64,000 nucleotides of DNA from a virus, in IMG/VR virus record IMGVR_UViG_3300044618_000993, positions 2,940-66,939 of that record. One strand, 5' to 3'. Both the position numbers and the translations under genes were made by a program. The notes beneath the pieces were generated by a model that ran no database searches, had not been told where the DNA came from, and was given only the letters and a program-made list of their open reading frames with translations. This document shows positions 20,190-31,701 of the stretch, in pieces; the first letter of the stretch is position 1; every line of letters starts with the position of its first letter.

Positions 20190-23100
20190 ATGGCAGGACC
20201 ATGCATCATATCATATAAGGGTAAGGACTACTCTTATGAAGAGTTTGCAACAATGCTGCATGACGGCTTGTTGGCTCAATTGGTAGACGACAATGTAATC
20301 ACAGGCATAGAAGCTGAACAGTTATCAAGAGGTGGCAGAGGTGAATACAAGCCTAGAAAATTACCTATAAGGGTTATAGAAGAGTTTCCAGAATTAGGTG
20401 AAATAATGACCGATGACGGAACATTAAATTATAGGGTAATACCAAACTCAATCACCTTAGAAGAGGCAAATGGTGTCATAAATTATTTAGGGGAAGATTT
20501 AGCTTTAAAAGAAATCAAAAACATGGACAATGGTATGTCCTGGAGGGTTAGGTTTACCGTTGGTCAGGTTTTGGCTAAAAGATTTAGAGAGTCTGGTGAG
20601 CTTGACAAGATGGTTGATGCTGTTGACGAGGTTAGCACTAAGGCCACTGAACTAGGTCAAGGCATACAAGCTTTGGCAATGTTTTCATTATTGACCCCAG
20701 AAGGATCGATAAGATACGCTGTTAAGCAAACCAAGGAAAAGATTAAAAAGCTAAGAGGCAAGAGAGAAAGTAAGTTTCAGAAAACTACAGACGATCTAAA
20801 GAAGGTTAATAAAGAAGTAGCCAAAGAGGTTACCAAAAACCTTGATAAAATCATTAACAAATCACAAGAGATCAAGCCTACTGAGACCACAGATACTCCA
20901 GAATATGGTGCTCAGAATAAGATTGTAACCAAAGAAAGATACAAAGACTTAAAGAAGGCCATAAAGGGCAAGTTCTTTTCTAACTTACCACCAGAATTGT
21001 TTGAGATTGCTGCCTATCACTTAGAGGCGTCTGGTAGACAGTTTTCTGGTTTTGCTAAGAAAATGATTAGAGACTTTGGAAACAAAGTTAAACCTCATTT
21101 AAAAACCTTATACGACAAGGCTAAAGCTAATCTATCAAAAGAATATAATGACTTTGAAGCAACCGAACAGGTTGATCAAGACTTTAGCACTATTGTAGGC
21201 AAAGAGGTTAAGAAATCAATATCAGCAGCTGGCGTTGATCTTAAAGAAATAATAGAAAGCCACTACACTAAATATGAAGCGGCTAAACGTTCGTTAACTG
21301 AAAAATTTATTCAAGACGCTGGATTAACAGCTAGCGAAGCTCAAGACTTGGCTAAAGTAGTTCAAGCTGAGTTTGATAAATTGGCTACAGAACGTAAGCA
21401 AAAGATTGTTGATAAATTGTTTACAACAAAAGAAAAGATTGCAGATAGAAAGAAGAAGCGTACAACAGAGGAAGAAATAGTTAGACTTAGCAACCTGGGT
21501 GTATTCACAAACGAAGAACTTATTAAGAAGTTTGGTGAAAAGATGGGTTGGCCAAGCATAACTAAGGAACAAATAAAAGAGATAGAAAAACTAGCTCAAA
21601 GAGTTCAAGACGCTCCAGAAGGATTAAAGAGGTTTAAGGCAGTAGAAGATCTAATGTCTTATCAAGCTAACATGAAAGGTGATAGTTTGATGGACGTGTC
21701 ATTAGCTGTATACTATGCTAATATCCTTAGCGGACCTTTGACTCACATTGTGAACATAGTAGCTAACATGGCAAGAGCCATCTTAGAATTTACTATAGTT
21801 GCTGCTCAAAATCCAAAGAACTCAAGACTAATAGTTAACGCATACCTAAACGGTATATCTCGTGGATTGCTAGAAGGTATTGCTACACTACAGACTGGTT
21901 ACTCGCCAATAAGAGGAAAGGTTGAGGTTCCAAACGTATTAGAAAGAACTCAATTTTGGGGTGGCTATAAAAACCCTGCAAACTGGTTAAAGTTTGTTAG
22001 ACGTGCTATGGTTGCTGCGGACGTTGTGTTCTTTGAAGGCGCTAAGGAAATGAGAATGTATCAGCAAGCAATTAAGTTTGCTAAGGATAATGATATCGAG
22101 CCAGGTAAATCAGCTAAAGAAAGAGCTGCCTATGTATTAGGTATCAATAATGATTTAGTATCTGATGCTCAAGCTCAAGCTCAAATAGAGTATGAGGCTG
22201 AAGTGGAAAGAATTAACAGTTCAAAAGAAAGCGATGTTAAGAAAAAAGCAATGATCGCTTCGGCTAAATTAGATGCCAAAAGACGTGTGTATGAGATAAT
22301 CGAGTCAGAGTATCCTGCAAATTCTCTTGCTGGAGCTCAGTCATATGCCGCAAGAACTACATACAACTATCCACCAGAAGGCTTACTAGGTGTTGCGGCT
22401 AATGCAATTAACTCGGCTACAACCACTGTCCCTGTGTTAAAGCTATTTGTTCCGTTCACAAATATTATTGCTAATATCATGAACGAGACAATTAACTACA
22501 CTCCTTGGGGTTTTGCTAGAGCGGCCGCAGACGGTTCAGTTACTGGTCTTAAATTAAAAAATGCTACCAGAAAGGATTGGGATGCATTATCAGAAGAACA
22601 AAAGAAACAAGAAAAGGTTGACTTAGTTTACAAAGCATTAATAGGCACGACTTTAATGGCTGCCGTATATATGCTTAGCAATATAAAAGATGATGACGAT
22701 GAGCCTATACTTAAGATAACAGCTGGAGGCACAGGAAACTATGCTAAAAACCAAGCGTTAAAAGCTCGCGGATATCAAGAGTATTCTATAAAGGTAGGTG
22801 ACAAGTGGATTTCATATAAAGAAACTCCGCTATTCATTCCTTTTGCTATTATAGGAACAATAAACGACTACGACGAGTACAACAAAAAGAGCCTAGAAGA
22901 TCCAGAAATGCAGTCTAAGGTTTCTGTTATTGTTAATCAGTTGAAGGATGTTATGTTTAATGCTACAGCTATTGCTGGTATGAACACATTCCTTAAATTA
23001 GTTACAGAGTCAAACAACGAAACGATGGGATCCAAGCTACAGACAGCTACAGCTAACTTAGCTAAAGGATTTGTTGTTCCGAACTTATATACACAAACAG

Positions 23101-23546
23101 CTAGAGAGATAGAGTCTGTCATGGGAATACCTATGAAAGAAACAAAGGGAACATTCTTTGGCCCTATGTTAGCTGATATTCCTTTTGCTAGAGATCAATA
23201 CTTTAACAAGGTGAATGTATTCGGTGAAGAGGTTATTCCAGACACCGATAGATTTGTATCTACGGCTGAGGATGACAAGTTAATCGACCTGTTTATAAAA
23301 CAAAAATACTACCCTGTAGTTCCATCAATCAAGTCACAAAAGGTCATAGACTCTGAGACCAACAAAGAAAGACTGATGACTCAAGAGGAATACTATAAAT
23401 ACGCCAAGAAAAGAGGCGAAACAATGAAAGAGTTTATGCTTGATATGTACGACACCTTGAATGATCAAGATCCTGCTATCTTTGCAAAAATTATGAACAA
23501 AATTGTTTCAGCATCTAATACCATGGGCAAACTAGAAATAAAATGA
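20190..23546 (+). CDS. Large internal virion/ejection protein (C-terminal part of polyvalent cargo)
   Basis: [36 protein letters not shown] and NVFGE motifs typical of podovirus large ejection proteins. Confidence 0.7.
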   Translation: MAGPCIISYKGKDYSYEEFATMLHDGLLAQLVDDNVITGIEAEQLSRGGRGEYKPRKLPIRVIEEFPELGEIMTDDGTLNYRVIPNSITLEEANGVINYLGEDLALKEIKNMDNGMSWRVRFTVGQVLAKRFRESGELDKMVDAVDEVSTKATELGQGIQALAMFSLLTPEGSIRYAVKQTKEKIKKLRGKRESKFQKTTDDLKKVNKEVAKEVTKNLDKIINKSQEIKPTETTDTPEYGAQNKIVTKERYKDLKKAIKGKFFSNLPPELFEIAAYHLEASGRQFSGFAKKMIRDFGNKVKPHLKTLYDKAKANLSKEYNDFEATEQVDQDFSTIVGKEVKKSISAAGVDLKEIIESHYTKYEAAKRSLTEKFIQDAGLTASEAQDLAKVVQAEFDKLATERKQKIVDKLFTTKEKIADRKKKRTTEEEIVRLSNLGVFTNEELIKKFGEKMGWPSITKEQIKEIEKLAQRVQDAPEGLKRFKAVEDLMSYQANMKGDSLMDVSLAVYYANILSGPLTHIVNIVANMARAILEFTIVAAQNPKNSRLIVNAYLNGISRGLLEGIATLQTGYSPIRGKVEVPNVLERTQFWGGYKNPANWLKFVRRAMVAADVVFFEGAKEMRMYQQAIKFAKDNDIEPGKSAKERAAYVLGINNDLVSDAQAQAQIEYEAEVERINSSKESDVKKKAMIASAKLDAKRRVYEIIESEYPANSLAGAQSYAARTTYNYPPEGLLGVAANAINSATTTVPVLKLFVPFTNIIANIMNETINYTPWGFARAAADGSVTGLKLKNATRKDWDALSEEQKKQEKVDLVYKALIGTTLMAAVYMLSNIKDDDDEPILKITAGGTGNYAKNQALKARGYQEYSIKVGDKWISYKETPLFIPFAIIGTINDYDEYNKKSLEDPEMQSKVSVIVNQLKDVMFNATAIAGMNTFLKLVTESNNETMGSKLQTATANLAKGFVVPNLYTQTAREIESVMGIPMKETKGTFFGPMLADIPFARDQYFNKVNVFGEEVIPDTDRFVSTAEDDKLIDLFIKQKYYPVVPSIKSQKVIDSETNKERLMTQEEYYKYAKKRGETMKEFMLDMYDTLNDQDPAIFAKIMNKIVSASNTMGKLEIK

Positions 23547-26500
23547 TTAGATTAAATACACCAGACGAATCACTAAGAATAACCACGATATACGCACAGA
23601 AAGTGACGTACACGGTGGTGTATACCTATAACTTTAGGGGCGTTCAATACAGCAACTCAACTGTTGGTACAATTACCACAGCTGGCAACACTGATATTGT
23701 GTTAAACGATACGCCTGCATCTTGGACAGACATTACCGACATTACAATCGTAAACGAGGGTACTGCGGCTAACACAGTTCAAATGTCAAAGGTATCTAAT
23801 GGTTCGGTTCAAATCTTTTCATCTAGTGTAACATTAGACATCGGAGAGACCTTACAATATAACGACCAAGGCTTTAGAAGATTTAACGCAGCAGGTGAGT
23901 TCATGACAGTCGGTGCAACAGGTGCCCAAGGACCAACAGGCCCAACAGGCCCAGTCGGAGCCACTGGAGCTACAGGACCAACTGGGGCTAACGGAACAAA
24001 CGGAGCAACTGGTCCAACAGGTCCAACAGGCGCAACAGGCCCTGCTGGCGTTGGAGGTGCCCTTGGTTATTGGGGTTCATTTTGGGACACCACTGATCAA
24101 ACAGCAACTCTTCCAAACACTCCATATGAAATAAAATTAAACAATACAGACCCTGACTCTAGTGGTATTAGTGTTGTATCTAATAGTAGAGTAACATTTG
24201 GATTTTCAGGCGTATACAGCTTGACATTTTCTATTCAGTTTAGAAATAGTGATACACAGATACACGACGTAAACGTGTGGTTGAGAAAGAATGATAGTGG
24301 AAGCACTGGTGATATGCCAGACAGCGACACTAAGTTATCTGTAACCGCAAGACATGGCGGTGTTGACGGCTTCCAATTGATGACCGTTAACTTTGTTTAC
24401 AAATTAGTTGCTGGCGACTTCATTGAAATGATATGGTCAACAACAAGTACTCAAGTTACAATTGACTCATCACCAGCTGGCACCACACCTATAAGCCCAT
24501 CTATCCCAGGCGTAATCTTTACAGCAACTCAAGTTATGTATACTCAAGTCGGCCCAACTGGTGCGACTGGTATTCAAGGCCCAACAGGCCCGACTGGATG
24601 GACTGGACCTCAAGGCATCCAAGGACCAACTGGACCGACTGGTTGGACTGGCCCTGCTGCAAGTTTAATAGTAGGCACAACATCTATAACAAGTGGCTCT
24701 ACTAACCGTATCTTATTTGAAGGCACAGGCAATGTGTTGCAAGAGAGCTCAAATCTTGTTTGGGATCAAACCAATAGCAGATTGGGTGTGGGTACAACTA
24801 GCCCATCATCAAAGTTACACATTAGTAGTGTTGCTGATGCGGCCAAGGGTCTAATAATGAATGCTACTACAGGCACATTAAATATTTATCCTTACTACAA
24901 TAGCTCATACGGTGTTATATTAGAGTCAAGAAACTCTACAGATACAGGTTATTTAGGCTTTACAATTAGTGGAAGTAAAATATTCTTAACTGATGGTAAC
25001 GTAAATATCAACACTGGTGGTACTGATGTAGGCGCAAAATTAACTGTTAAAGGTAGTGGTTCAACTAGTGCTACAACATCATTTAACGTACAAAATAACT
25101 TAGGTGTTACTAAAATATCTGCCAACGACGACTCGACTACATTAAACTTGCTAAGTGGGGTTAATGGTGGTAGTGCTGCTCAATTAACGCTAGGTCCAAT
25201 AGCAACTGGTACTCTATACATAGAAGCACAAGTAAATGGCGGAGGTAACGGTCATAGAATATATACAGATAGACAGAACACTAATATGTTCTTTGGTTGC
25301 GTGTCTGCAACTACACCTACGAATAATAATATAACGATTGGTAACTCAACTACAGCAACAGGCGCTACTCATAATATTTTATTTAGACAATCCAATGCGG
25401 TTGTAGGTGGTTTTCCTAATAGCGCAAACGTAACTTATCCATCAGCACAATTTTTTATTGAGTCAACGACTAGAGGTTTTTTAAAACCAAGAATGACAAC
25501 TGCTCAAAGAGATGCTATTGTAACTCCTGCTGCTGGTCTAAGCATTTACAACACCACAACTAATACACAAGATTATTACAACGGTACTTCGTGGGTTCAG
25601 TTACAACCTACAATCACAAGTCCTATAACTGGATCTGGTACTGCCAATTATGTTCCTAAATTTACAGGGACTAGCTCTATTGGAGACTCTTTGATTTATG
25701 ATAACGGAACTAACGTAGGTATAGGAACAACAAGTGCAACAAATGGAAAATTAGTAGTTAAAAACAACACATTTCAATTTATAGCAGAGCCAACAGATGC
25801 AACAACTTATGGCTATCTTGGAATTGGTCAATTTACAAATGGTGCATTTATAGGAACTATAGCAGGTACTAATACTGCTTCTGACTTGTTAAGATTAGGA
25901 ACAAGTGGAACTGAACGTATGCGTATTACCTCATCAGGTGACGTTGGTATAGGAACAACTAGTCCAAGTGCTAAATTAAATGTGTCAGGTGATATTCACA
26001 TTGGTGATTATGGTAGTGCTGTTGCAAGAATTTTAGATTTTAGGACAAGTAATTCTTTATTTACTATTACAACAGACGGCACATCGGGGGCATTAGGAAC
26101 TACAATTTCTTATAGTTGGGCAAATGGAGGACAAGGTGATTTGAAATTTAATAATGCAGGTGGAGAGGTAATGAGATTGTCTTCAACAGGTAACGTAGGT
26201 ATAAACACAACTACACCTTCACTTGCAAAACTACACGTAAAAGGACAAGACGGAAGTGCAATTGCTTATTTATATAATAATACAGGAACAGCAGGTCAAG
26301 TAAATGGATTGGCAGTTGAAGCAGGAACAAACACAAGTGATTATGCTTTATCTATCGGTTCATCAGCAGGAACGTCTTATTTAAGAGTAAGAGGTGATGG
26401 TAATATAGGCATAGGAACAACTAGTCCTGCTTATCCACTACAAGTAAACGGTTTAATATCTTCAAATAGGACATCAAACACAGATGGCGGCATTGTATTC

Positions 26501-29476
26501 GGTAGTCCTGCAAGTGGCAATTATATCTACGGTGCAGATCTGGGTAGTTACATTGCAACATATACATCTAACTCTGAGCGTATGCGTATTGGCTCAACAG
26601 GTAATTTGCTTATAGGTACTACTACCGATTCAGGCTATAAGCTAGATGTTAATGGCAACTTAAGAGTGGCAAGTTCTATTTTTGGCCCAGGAACTGCTAA
26701 TACTTATTATCAAATAGCAAATAGTGACTACAATCATAGATTCTTTACACGAACAGATGTTGGAGCAACCTTAGAACGTTTTACTATTGAAGGAGGTGCT
26801 GTAGCTGGAAAAGCTTACTTCCAAAACACTAACGTAGGTATTGGTACAACTTCACCAACTGCATTATTACATGTTAACGGAAATGCTGTTGTTGGTGCTG
26901 ATGATTTAAATATAGCAACTCAAAGAATAACAATATCCAACAATACATTAACAAATTCAAGGGGATTGTCATTTTCTGTTTTAGATGGTTCACAAAATCC
27001 GAGGGCTTGGATTAAACACGTCACTGCAAGTGGTAGTCAGAGAATGGATTTTGAGTCTACCTATTCAACCAGTTCAACTCTTGCAAATTGGTGTTTTGTA
27101 AGTGGTAACGTTGGTATAGGCACAACAAGCCCTGCTAGAAAATTGCAAGTTAATGGTGACGCTGAATTAGTTAGCGGTAATTTTTATCTTTCAAACAATT
27201 ATGGTATAATTTCTAAAACAAGTACAGGAACTGCCAAAGATGTATTCTATGTTGATTCCTCTAATAATGTTATTTTTGGCGCAACAGCAGGTGGTTGGAA
27301 TAGCATTCAATTTAGGAATGGTGCAACTGCACAAATGTACATCAATTCATCTGGAAATGTTGGCATTGGCACTACAAGCCCTGCTGGTAAATTGGATGTA
27401 AATGGCGATTTGTTTTCAAGAAGCGTAATATTTGGATACGCTGGAGCAGGTAACCAATATGGCGGATTAACATGGACTAGCACGGATAGCGGTAACTTAT
27501 TTTTAAAGTCAGCAAACATTACAAAAGTATTATTAGACTCTAATGGTGTTTCATATGTTAATAGCGGCAATTTATTAATAGGCACAACAACCGATGCAGG
27601 CGCTAAATTATATGTTAAAGGAAGTGGCTCTACTAGTGCAACCACTTCACTATTAGTGCAAAACAGTAGTGGTGCTGATGCATTTAAAATTACTGATGAT
27701 AAAAATGCTAATTTATTAGGAAGACTTTCAGTAGGATCAACATTGAACTCAAGCATTTGGGCTACTTATAATAGTATTTTACAAGTAGGACAATTATATA
27801 TGTTTGATTATTCACCTACACCGCAAGCAGGTCTTGTGAATAATCAATATTTTGATGGTACTAACTCAAGATATTTTAGAACTGCAGGCGCATCTGGCAT
27901 ACAATTTACAAATGATGGTTCAATTCAATTAGATACATATGTAAGCGGAACGGCAGGCACAGTTTTACCAACAGGAAAATCTTTTTATTTTAACTCATCG
28001 GGCAATATGGGGGTAGGGTTTTCAACGCCTACTGCACGATTACAAGTAAGAGGTAGCGGTGCAACATCTGCAACCACAGCGTTTTTGGTTCAAGATAGTG
28101 CAGGGTTAAATGCATTTTATGTAAGGGATGATAGATTTGCGTGGTTCTCTAAAGAAATTACTGTTGGTGGTAGTTCATCAGCAAGTATAACTATGGGCAC
28201 TGGGGGTTCAAATAACCCATACATTAATGCTTTTGGTAACGGGCTAGAATTAACAACATCAAATTCATATGGCGCAAATTCAAATATTCAGTTTAGACCA
28301 ACAACAAATTGGAGTGTAGTAAGCACAACAACTGGTACGGGTGTTTTTGCGATAAATACTAATGGTAATAATGAGAGATTAAGGGTAAATCAAACAGGCA
28401 ATTTGTTGATAGGCACCACCACTGATGCTGGCTCTAGATTGTTTATTAAAGGTTCTGGAACCACTTCATCTACATCTACATTTTTAATTCAAAACAGTGC
28501 AGGTACACAAGCTCTAAAAGTATTTGATGATACAACATCCATATTTGGAGATAGTACAACAACGGTTAACAACCTAAGCACATTCTATGGCTCAATAGAT
28601 GTAAAAGGCTCATCAGCCACAGGGGCTATTATTAATATGTCTTCTGCTAGTAACTCTGCAATAACATATGCAGGTGGATCAGCCTTGTATATTAAGAGTG
28701 GCTTGCCTAACTTAATATTTCAAACCAATGGCGCAAACGAAAGAATGCGTATTGATACTAACGGAAACGTAGGTATAGGTACTATAACTACAACAAATGC
28801 AAAATTAGAAGTATTTGTTGGCGCAGGAACTACTAGTGGATTAAGAATAAAAGCTTATTCAGATGCAAGTACTGCCTACTTATTGAGCGCAGGCACCGAG
28901 AGTTACCAAGACAACTTTAAGATCAAAATGATCAATGGAAATGTCACTATGGGGACTCAATTAAATGGTTACACATTTGGCTTATATACATTCAATGGCA
29001 CTGCACTAACGGTGGCTAACTCTGGCAATATCCTAATAGGAACTACAACTGACGCAGGGTATAAGTTAGAGGTGTCTGGCGGAACTTCTAAATTTCAAAG
29101 CATTATTGCTGATGGTAATATTATATTTAACGCTCCTTATTGGTTACAGTGGGCAGGTTCTAACGTAATGATTGCGGACGGGACTGATACTAAAATAAGA
29201 ACTAGTGGCGGTGGTATTACACAGTTTATAACATCTGGCTTCCAAAATCAATTAATATTAACGTCTGATAAACAAGCAGGTGTAAACACAAGTGCTGTTG
29301 ATCCTTCTGCTCAACTACAAGTAGACTCCACAACTAGAGGTTTCTTGCCTCCTAGAATGCTTGAGTCAGATAGATTAGCAATTGCAACCCCAGCTTTAGG
29401 TCTTATGGTTTATCAAACAGACATGACTGAAGGCTTGTACATATACAAATCAGCAGGATGGGTATTCGTAATATAA
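23543..29476 (+). CDS. Long tail fibre with collagen-like segments and GNVGIGTT repeats
   Basis: G-x-T triplet runs near 23910-24060 and 24550-24655; more than 10 G-N-[VL]-[GL]-I-G-T-T repeats; two STTRGFLxPRM modules. Confidence 0.85.
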   Translation: MIRLNTPDESLRITTIYAQKVTYTVVYTYNFRGVQYSNSTVGTITTAGNTDIVLNDTPASWTDITDITIVNEGTAANTVQMSKVSNGSVQIFSSSVTLDIGETLQYNDQGFRRFNAAGEFMTVGATGAQGPTGPTGPVGATGATGPTGANGTNGATGPTGPTGATGPAGVGGALGYWGSFWDTTDQTATLPNTPYEIKLNNTDPDSSGISVVSNSRVTFGFSGVYSLTFSIQFRNSDTQIHDVNVWLRKNDSGSTGDMPDSDTKLSVTARHGGVDGFQLMTVNFVYKLVAGDFIEMIWSTTSTQVTIDSSPAGTTPISPSIPGVIFTATQVMYTQVGPTGATGIQGPTGPTGWTGPQGIQGPTGPTGWTGPAASLIVGTTSITSGSTNRILFEGTGNVLQESSNLVWDQTNSRLGVGTTSPSSKLHISSVADAAKGLIMNATTGTLNIYPYYNSSYGVILESRNSTDTGYLGFTISGSKIFLTDGNVNINTGGTDVGAKLTVKGSGSTSATTSFNVQNNLGVTKISANDDSTTLNLLSGVNGGSAAQLTLGPIATGTLYIEAQVNGGGNGHRIYTDRQNTNMFFGCVSATTPTNNNITIGNSTTATGATHNILFRQSNAVVGGFPNSANVTYPSAQFFIESTTRGFLKPRMTTAQRDAIVTPAAGLSIYNTTTNTQDYYNGTSWVQLQPTITSPITGSGTANYVPKFTGTSSIGDSLIYDNGTNVGIGTTSATNGKLVVKNNTFQFIAEPTDATTYGYLGIGQFTNGAFIGTIAGTNTASDLLRLGTSGTERMRITSSGDVGIGTTSPSAKLNVSGDIHIGDYGSAVARILDFRTSNSLFTITTDGTSGALGTTISYSWANGGQGDLKFNNAGGEVMRLSSTGNVGINTTTPSLAKLHVKGQDGSAIAYLYNNTGTAGQVNGLAVEAGTNTSDYALSIGSSAGTSYLRVRGDGNIGIGTTSPAYPLQVNGLISSNRTSNTDGGIVFGSPASGNYIYGADLGSYIATYTSNSERMRIGSTGNLLIGTTTDSGYKLDVNGNLRVASSIFGPGTANTYYQIANSDYNHRFFTRTDVGATLERFTIEGGAVAGKAYFQNTNVGIGTTSPTALLHVNGNAVVGADDLNIATQRITISNNTLTNSRGLSFSVLDGSQNPRAWIKHVTASGSQRMDFESTYSTSSTLANWCFVSGNVGIGTTSPARKLQVNGDAELVSGNFYLSNNYGIISKTSTGTAKDVFYVDSSNNVIFGATAGGWNSIQFRNGATAQMYINSSGNVGIGTTSPAGKLDVNGDLFSRSVIFGYAGAGNQYGGLTWTSTDSGNLFLKSANITKVLLDSNGVSYVNSGNLLIGTTTDAGAKLYVKGSGSTSATTSLLVQNSSGADAFKITDDKNANLLGRLSVGSTLNSSIWATYNSILQVGQLYMFDYSPTPQAGLVNNQYFDGTNSRYFRTAGASGIQFTNDGSIQLDTYVSGTAGTVLPTGKSFYFNSSGNMGVGFSTPTARLQVRGSGATSATTAFLVQDSAGLNAFYVRDDRFAWFSKEITVGGSSSASITMGTGGSNNPYINAFGNGLELTTSNSYGANSNIQFRPTTNWSVVSTTTGTGVFAINTNGNNERLRVNQTGNLLIGTTTDAGSRLFIKGSGTTSSTSTFLIQNSAGTQALKVFDDTTSIFGDSTTTVNNLSTFYGSIDVKGSSATGAIINMSSASNSAITYAGGSALYIKSGLPNLIFQTNGANERMRIDTNGNVGIGTITTTNAKLEVFVGAGTTSGLRIKAYSDASTAYLLSAGTESYQDNFKIKMINGNVTMGTQLNGYTFGLYTFNGTALTVANSGNILIGTTTDAGYKLEVSGGTSKFQSIIADGNIIFNAPYWLQWAGSNVMIADGTDTKIRTSGGGITQFITSGFQNQLILTSDKQAGVNTSAVDPSAQLQVDSTTRGFLPPRMLESDRLAIATPALGLMVYQTDMTEGLYIYKSAGWVFVI

Positions 29477-29502
29477 ACAATTAAAACAAATAAATAAATA
29501 AA

Positions 29503-29766
29503 ATGACACAAATCGAACCAATCGTGTTCCCTACCATCGGAACAGCAACATTGTTAAACGTAACAGTTTTAAACTTTGAAACCAATGCTACAACTTGTAC
29601 AACTTACTATGAGTTGTGGTCAGAGAACGAAGACGGCACACCAGCTGCTAAATTAATTGACGGTAACTACACATTAACTCCAGAAGAGTTTGCTGCTTGG
29701 GGTACCGACAATTTCTATGTAGTTGAAGTTGTTGCCAACGCTAAAGGATTTGTAATTGTTGCATAA
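29503..29766 (+). CDS. Small acidic fibre-associated protein (possible chaperone)
   Basis: 87 aa, GNYTLTPEEFAAWG motif, follows the fibre gene. Confidence 0.55.
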   Translation: MTQIEPIVFPTIGTATLLNVTVLNFETNATTCTTYYELWSENEDGTPAAKLIDGNYTLTPEEFAAWGTDNFYVVEVVANAKGFVIVA

Positions 29767-29792
29767 TATTTTGCACAATTAAATTTTTATAC

Positions 29793-29800
29793 TACATTTG
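29793..29800 (+). promoter_or_regulatory. -7 element TACATTTG with TTTG -33 element at 29770-29773
   Basis: Both Bacteroidota promoter elements present; 4 nt before ATG 29805. Confidence 0.65.
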
Positions 29801-29804
29801 TAGT

Positions 29805-29960
29805 ATGACTAAAGAACAAATCTATCAAGTATTGTCAGCCGCATTAGATGCAGCTACTTTGAAAGGGGCTTTTAGTTTACAAGACACACGCACAGTAACT
29901 GATGCGTTGTTAGCCCTACAAAAAGAGTTCGGAATTAATCAAGACGAAGAAGCCAAGTAA
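29805..29960 (+). CDS. Small hypothetical protein, 51 aa (MTKEQIYQVLSAALDAATLKGAFSLQD...)
   Basis: Translated by hand; promoter upstream, TAATG coupling to the next gene. Confidence 0.7.
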   Translation: MTKEQIYQVLSAALDAATLKGAFSLQDTRTVTDALLALQKEFGINQDEEAK

Positions 29961-31123
29961 TGAAGCCTCTGTTCTCTATAGTATTAATTTCTAAGAACGA
30001 AGAAAACACATTGCCTAAGTGCCTAGATTCCTTAGAAGAGTTTAGGCAACTAGGTGGTGAGATTATTTTAGCCGATACAGGATCAACAGATAGGACGGTT
30101 GAAATCGCCAACCAATACGGTTGCAAGGTATTCAACATAAACGCCACAGTCTCTGTAAGCCCAGAGATGTGTGATGCTATAAACAAACAACTAGACGAAA
30201 GGGATTTACTAGTCATGCCAAGCGATGGTGTAAGCATATTTGACTTTGCCTCCGCCAGAAATCAAGCCACAGCCATGGCAACAAATGATTTCATTATTAG
30301 CCTAGACTGCGATGAGGTATACACAAGCCTTGACATTGAGGCAATAAACAAACTGATAGAGAGTGGCGTTGACCAATTAGACTATCAATTTATCTATGCC
30401 CACAACGAAGATGGCAGTCCTTCAATGCAGTTTAGGCAATCAAAGGCATTTAATAGAAAGAAGTTACAGTGGAGGGGAGTCATCCATGAGGTGTTACATA
30501 CTACTGAGCGTATCAATAGCGTATCTGTAACGGAGGATGTAATAAAGTTAGAACACTGGCAGGAGCCAGGTAAAGAGTCTAGGGGTAAGTATTTATTAGG
30601 ATTAGCATACGACTGCTATATCAATCCAGGCAACGATAGAAACAAGCATTACTATGCTAGAGAGTTAATGTACCAAGCAAGACCTTACTCAGCAATTAAG
30701 CACTTCGAGGAGCACATCCAAATGGATAAGTGGGATATTGAGAAGGCTCAAAGCTACACATACATTGGTGACTGCTATGGAATGTTGGATGATCAGCAAG
30801 AACAGATGGCCAGCTATGCCAAGGCAATCATCATTGATCCAAACAGAGCTGAACCATTTGTTAAGTCTGCATGGGCTATGCTAACCAACGGAAGCTTCAA
30901 GGCAGCGATAGGATACGCCAAGGCTGCGCAGGAAGTAGATTGGACAGACTACTATCAAAATCACATCAGTCACTACACTGATGAGCCGCATAGAATAATG
31001 TACTTAGCGTATGGTTATATAGGTAACGTATCTATGGCACAGTACCACATAAACAAATGCCTATGGTACAAGCCAAACGATCCTTACTACATAGACCACA
31101 GAAAGTACTATTTTAACGACTAA
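29960..31123 (+). CDS. GT2-family glycosyltransferase with C-terminal TPR repeats
   Basis: SIVLISKNEE, ADTGSTDRT, FASARN, LDCDE (DxD), WRGVIHE; helical TPR-like C-terminus. Confidence 0.9.
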   Translation: MKPLFSIVLISKNEENTLPKCLDSLEEFRQLGGEIILADTGSTDRTVEIANQYGCKVFNINATVSVSPEMCDAINKQLDERDLLVMPSDGVSIFDFASARNQATAMATNDFIISLDCDEVYTSLDIEAINKLIESGVDQLDYQFIYAHNEDGSPSMQFRQSKAFNRKKLQWRGVIHEVLHTTERINSVSVTEDVIKLEHWQEPGKESRGKYLLGLAYDCYINPGNDRNKHYYARELMYQARPYSAIKHFEEHIQMDKWDIEKAQSYTYIGDCYGMLDDQQEQMASYAKAIIIDPNRAEPFVKSAWAMLTNGSFKAAIGYAKAAQEVDWTDYYQNHISHYTDEPHRIMYLAYGYIGNVSMAQYHINKCLWYKPNDPYYIDHRKYYFND

Positions 31124-31184
31124 AAATAAATAACAACATAATCTTAAATTGGGTAAATTTGCTATCAGTAAATTCTTAAAACTT

Positions 31185-31700
31185 ATGGCTACAATAAATA
31201 AGGACCAAAACAACGCAATTATTGTCACTCCTGACAACTGCACCAGACCTTCAATTTTTTCTGATTGGAAATCTGCAAGTGTTTCATATTCAGCTAATAG
31301 CGTAACATTAAACATTGACAACAAAGGTTTTAAGTTTGGTGCTTGGCCTTATACTCCATGCGGAGTAATCACTAGCATTAACGGAGCTGCAATCGCAGGC
31401 TTAACCAATGCTCAGGTTGCTACCATCATTGAGAAAGCTGTGTTAACTGACGATGCATTCTCTGGTACTCCAACCTATGCAACTAGTGCTACTCCATACG
31501 TAGGAACATTTACTGCAATCCACGCTATAACTGATACAGTTATTGATACCACTAACTCATCTAACCCAAAGGTTACAGGTGGTACTAACCCATTGACTAA
31601 CTTGACAGGCGTTACCATCAAAGCTGGTGACACTATCTATGGTACATGGACTCAAGTTCAATTAACAAGCGGAACAGCAGTATTGTATTCTCCATTGTAA
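31185..31700 (+). CDS. Hypothetical virion protein
   Basis: T-rich with C-terminal IKAGDTIYG...VQLTSG..VLY beta motif; TAAATTTG at 31154-31161 supports the ATG at 31185. Confidence 0.55.
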   Translation: MATINKDQNNAIIVTPDNCTRPSIFSDWKSASVSYSANSVTLNIDNKGFKFGAWPYTPCGVITSINGAAIAGLTNAQVATIIEKAVLTDDAFSGTPTYATSATPYVGTFTAIHAITDTVIDTTNSSNPKVTGGTNPLTNLTGVTIKAGDTIYGTWTQVQLTSGTAVLYSPL

Positions 31701-31701
31701 T

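Noticed and set aside
23910-24660. Nucleotide repeats as a CRISPR or ncRNA array
   Set aside because: They are collagen G-x-T codons in frame with the fibre gene; no repeat-spacer structure
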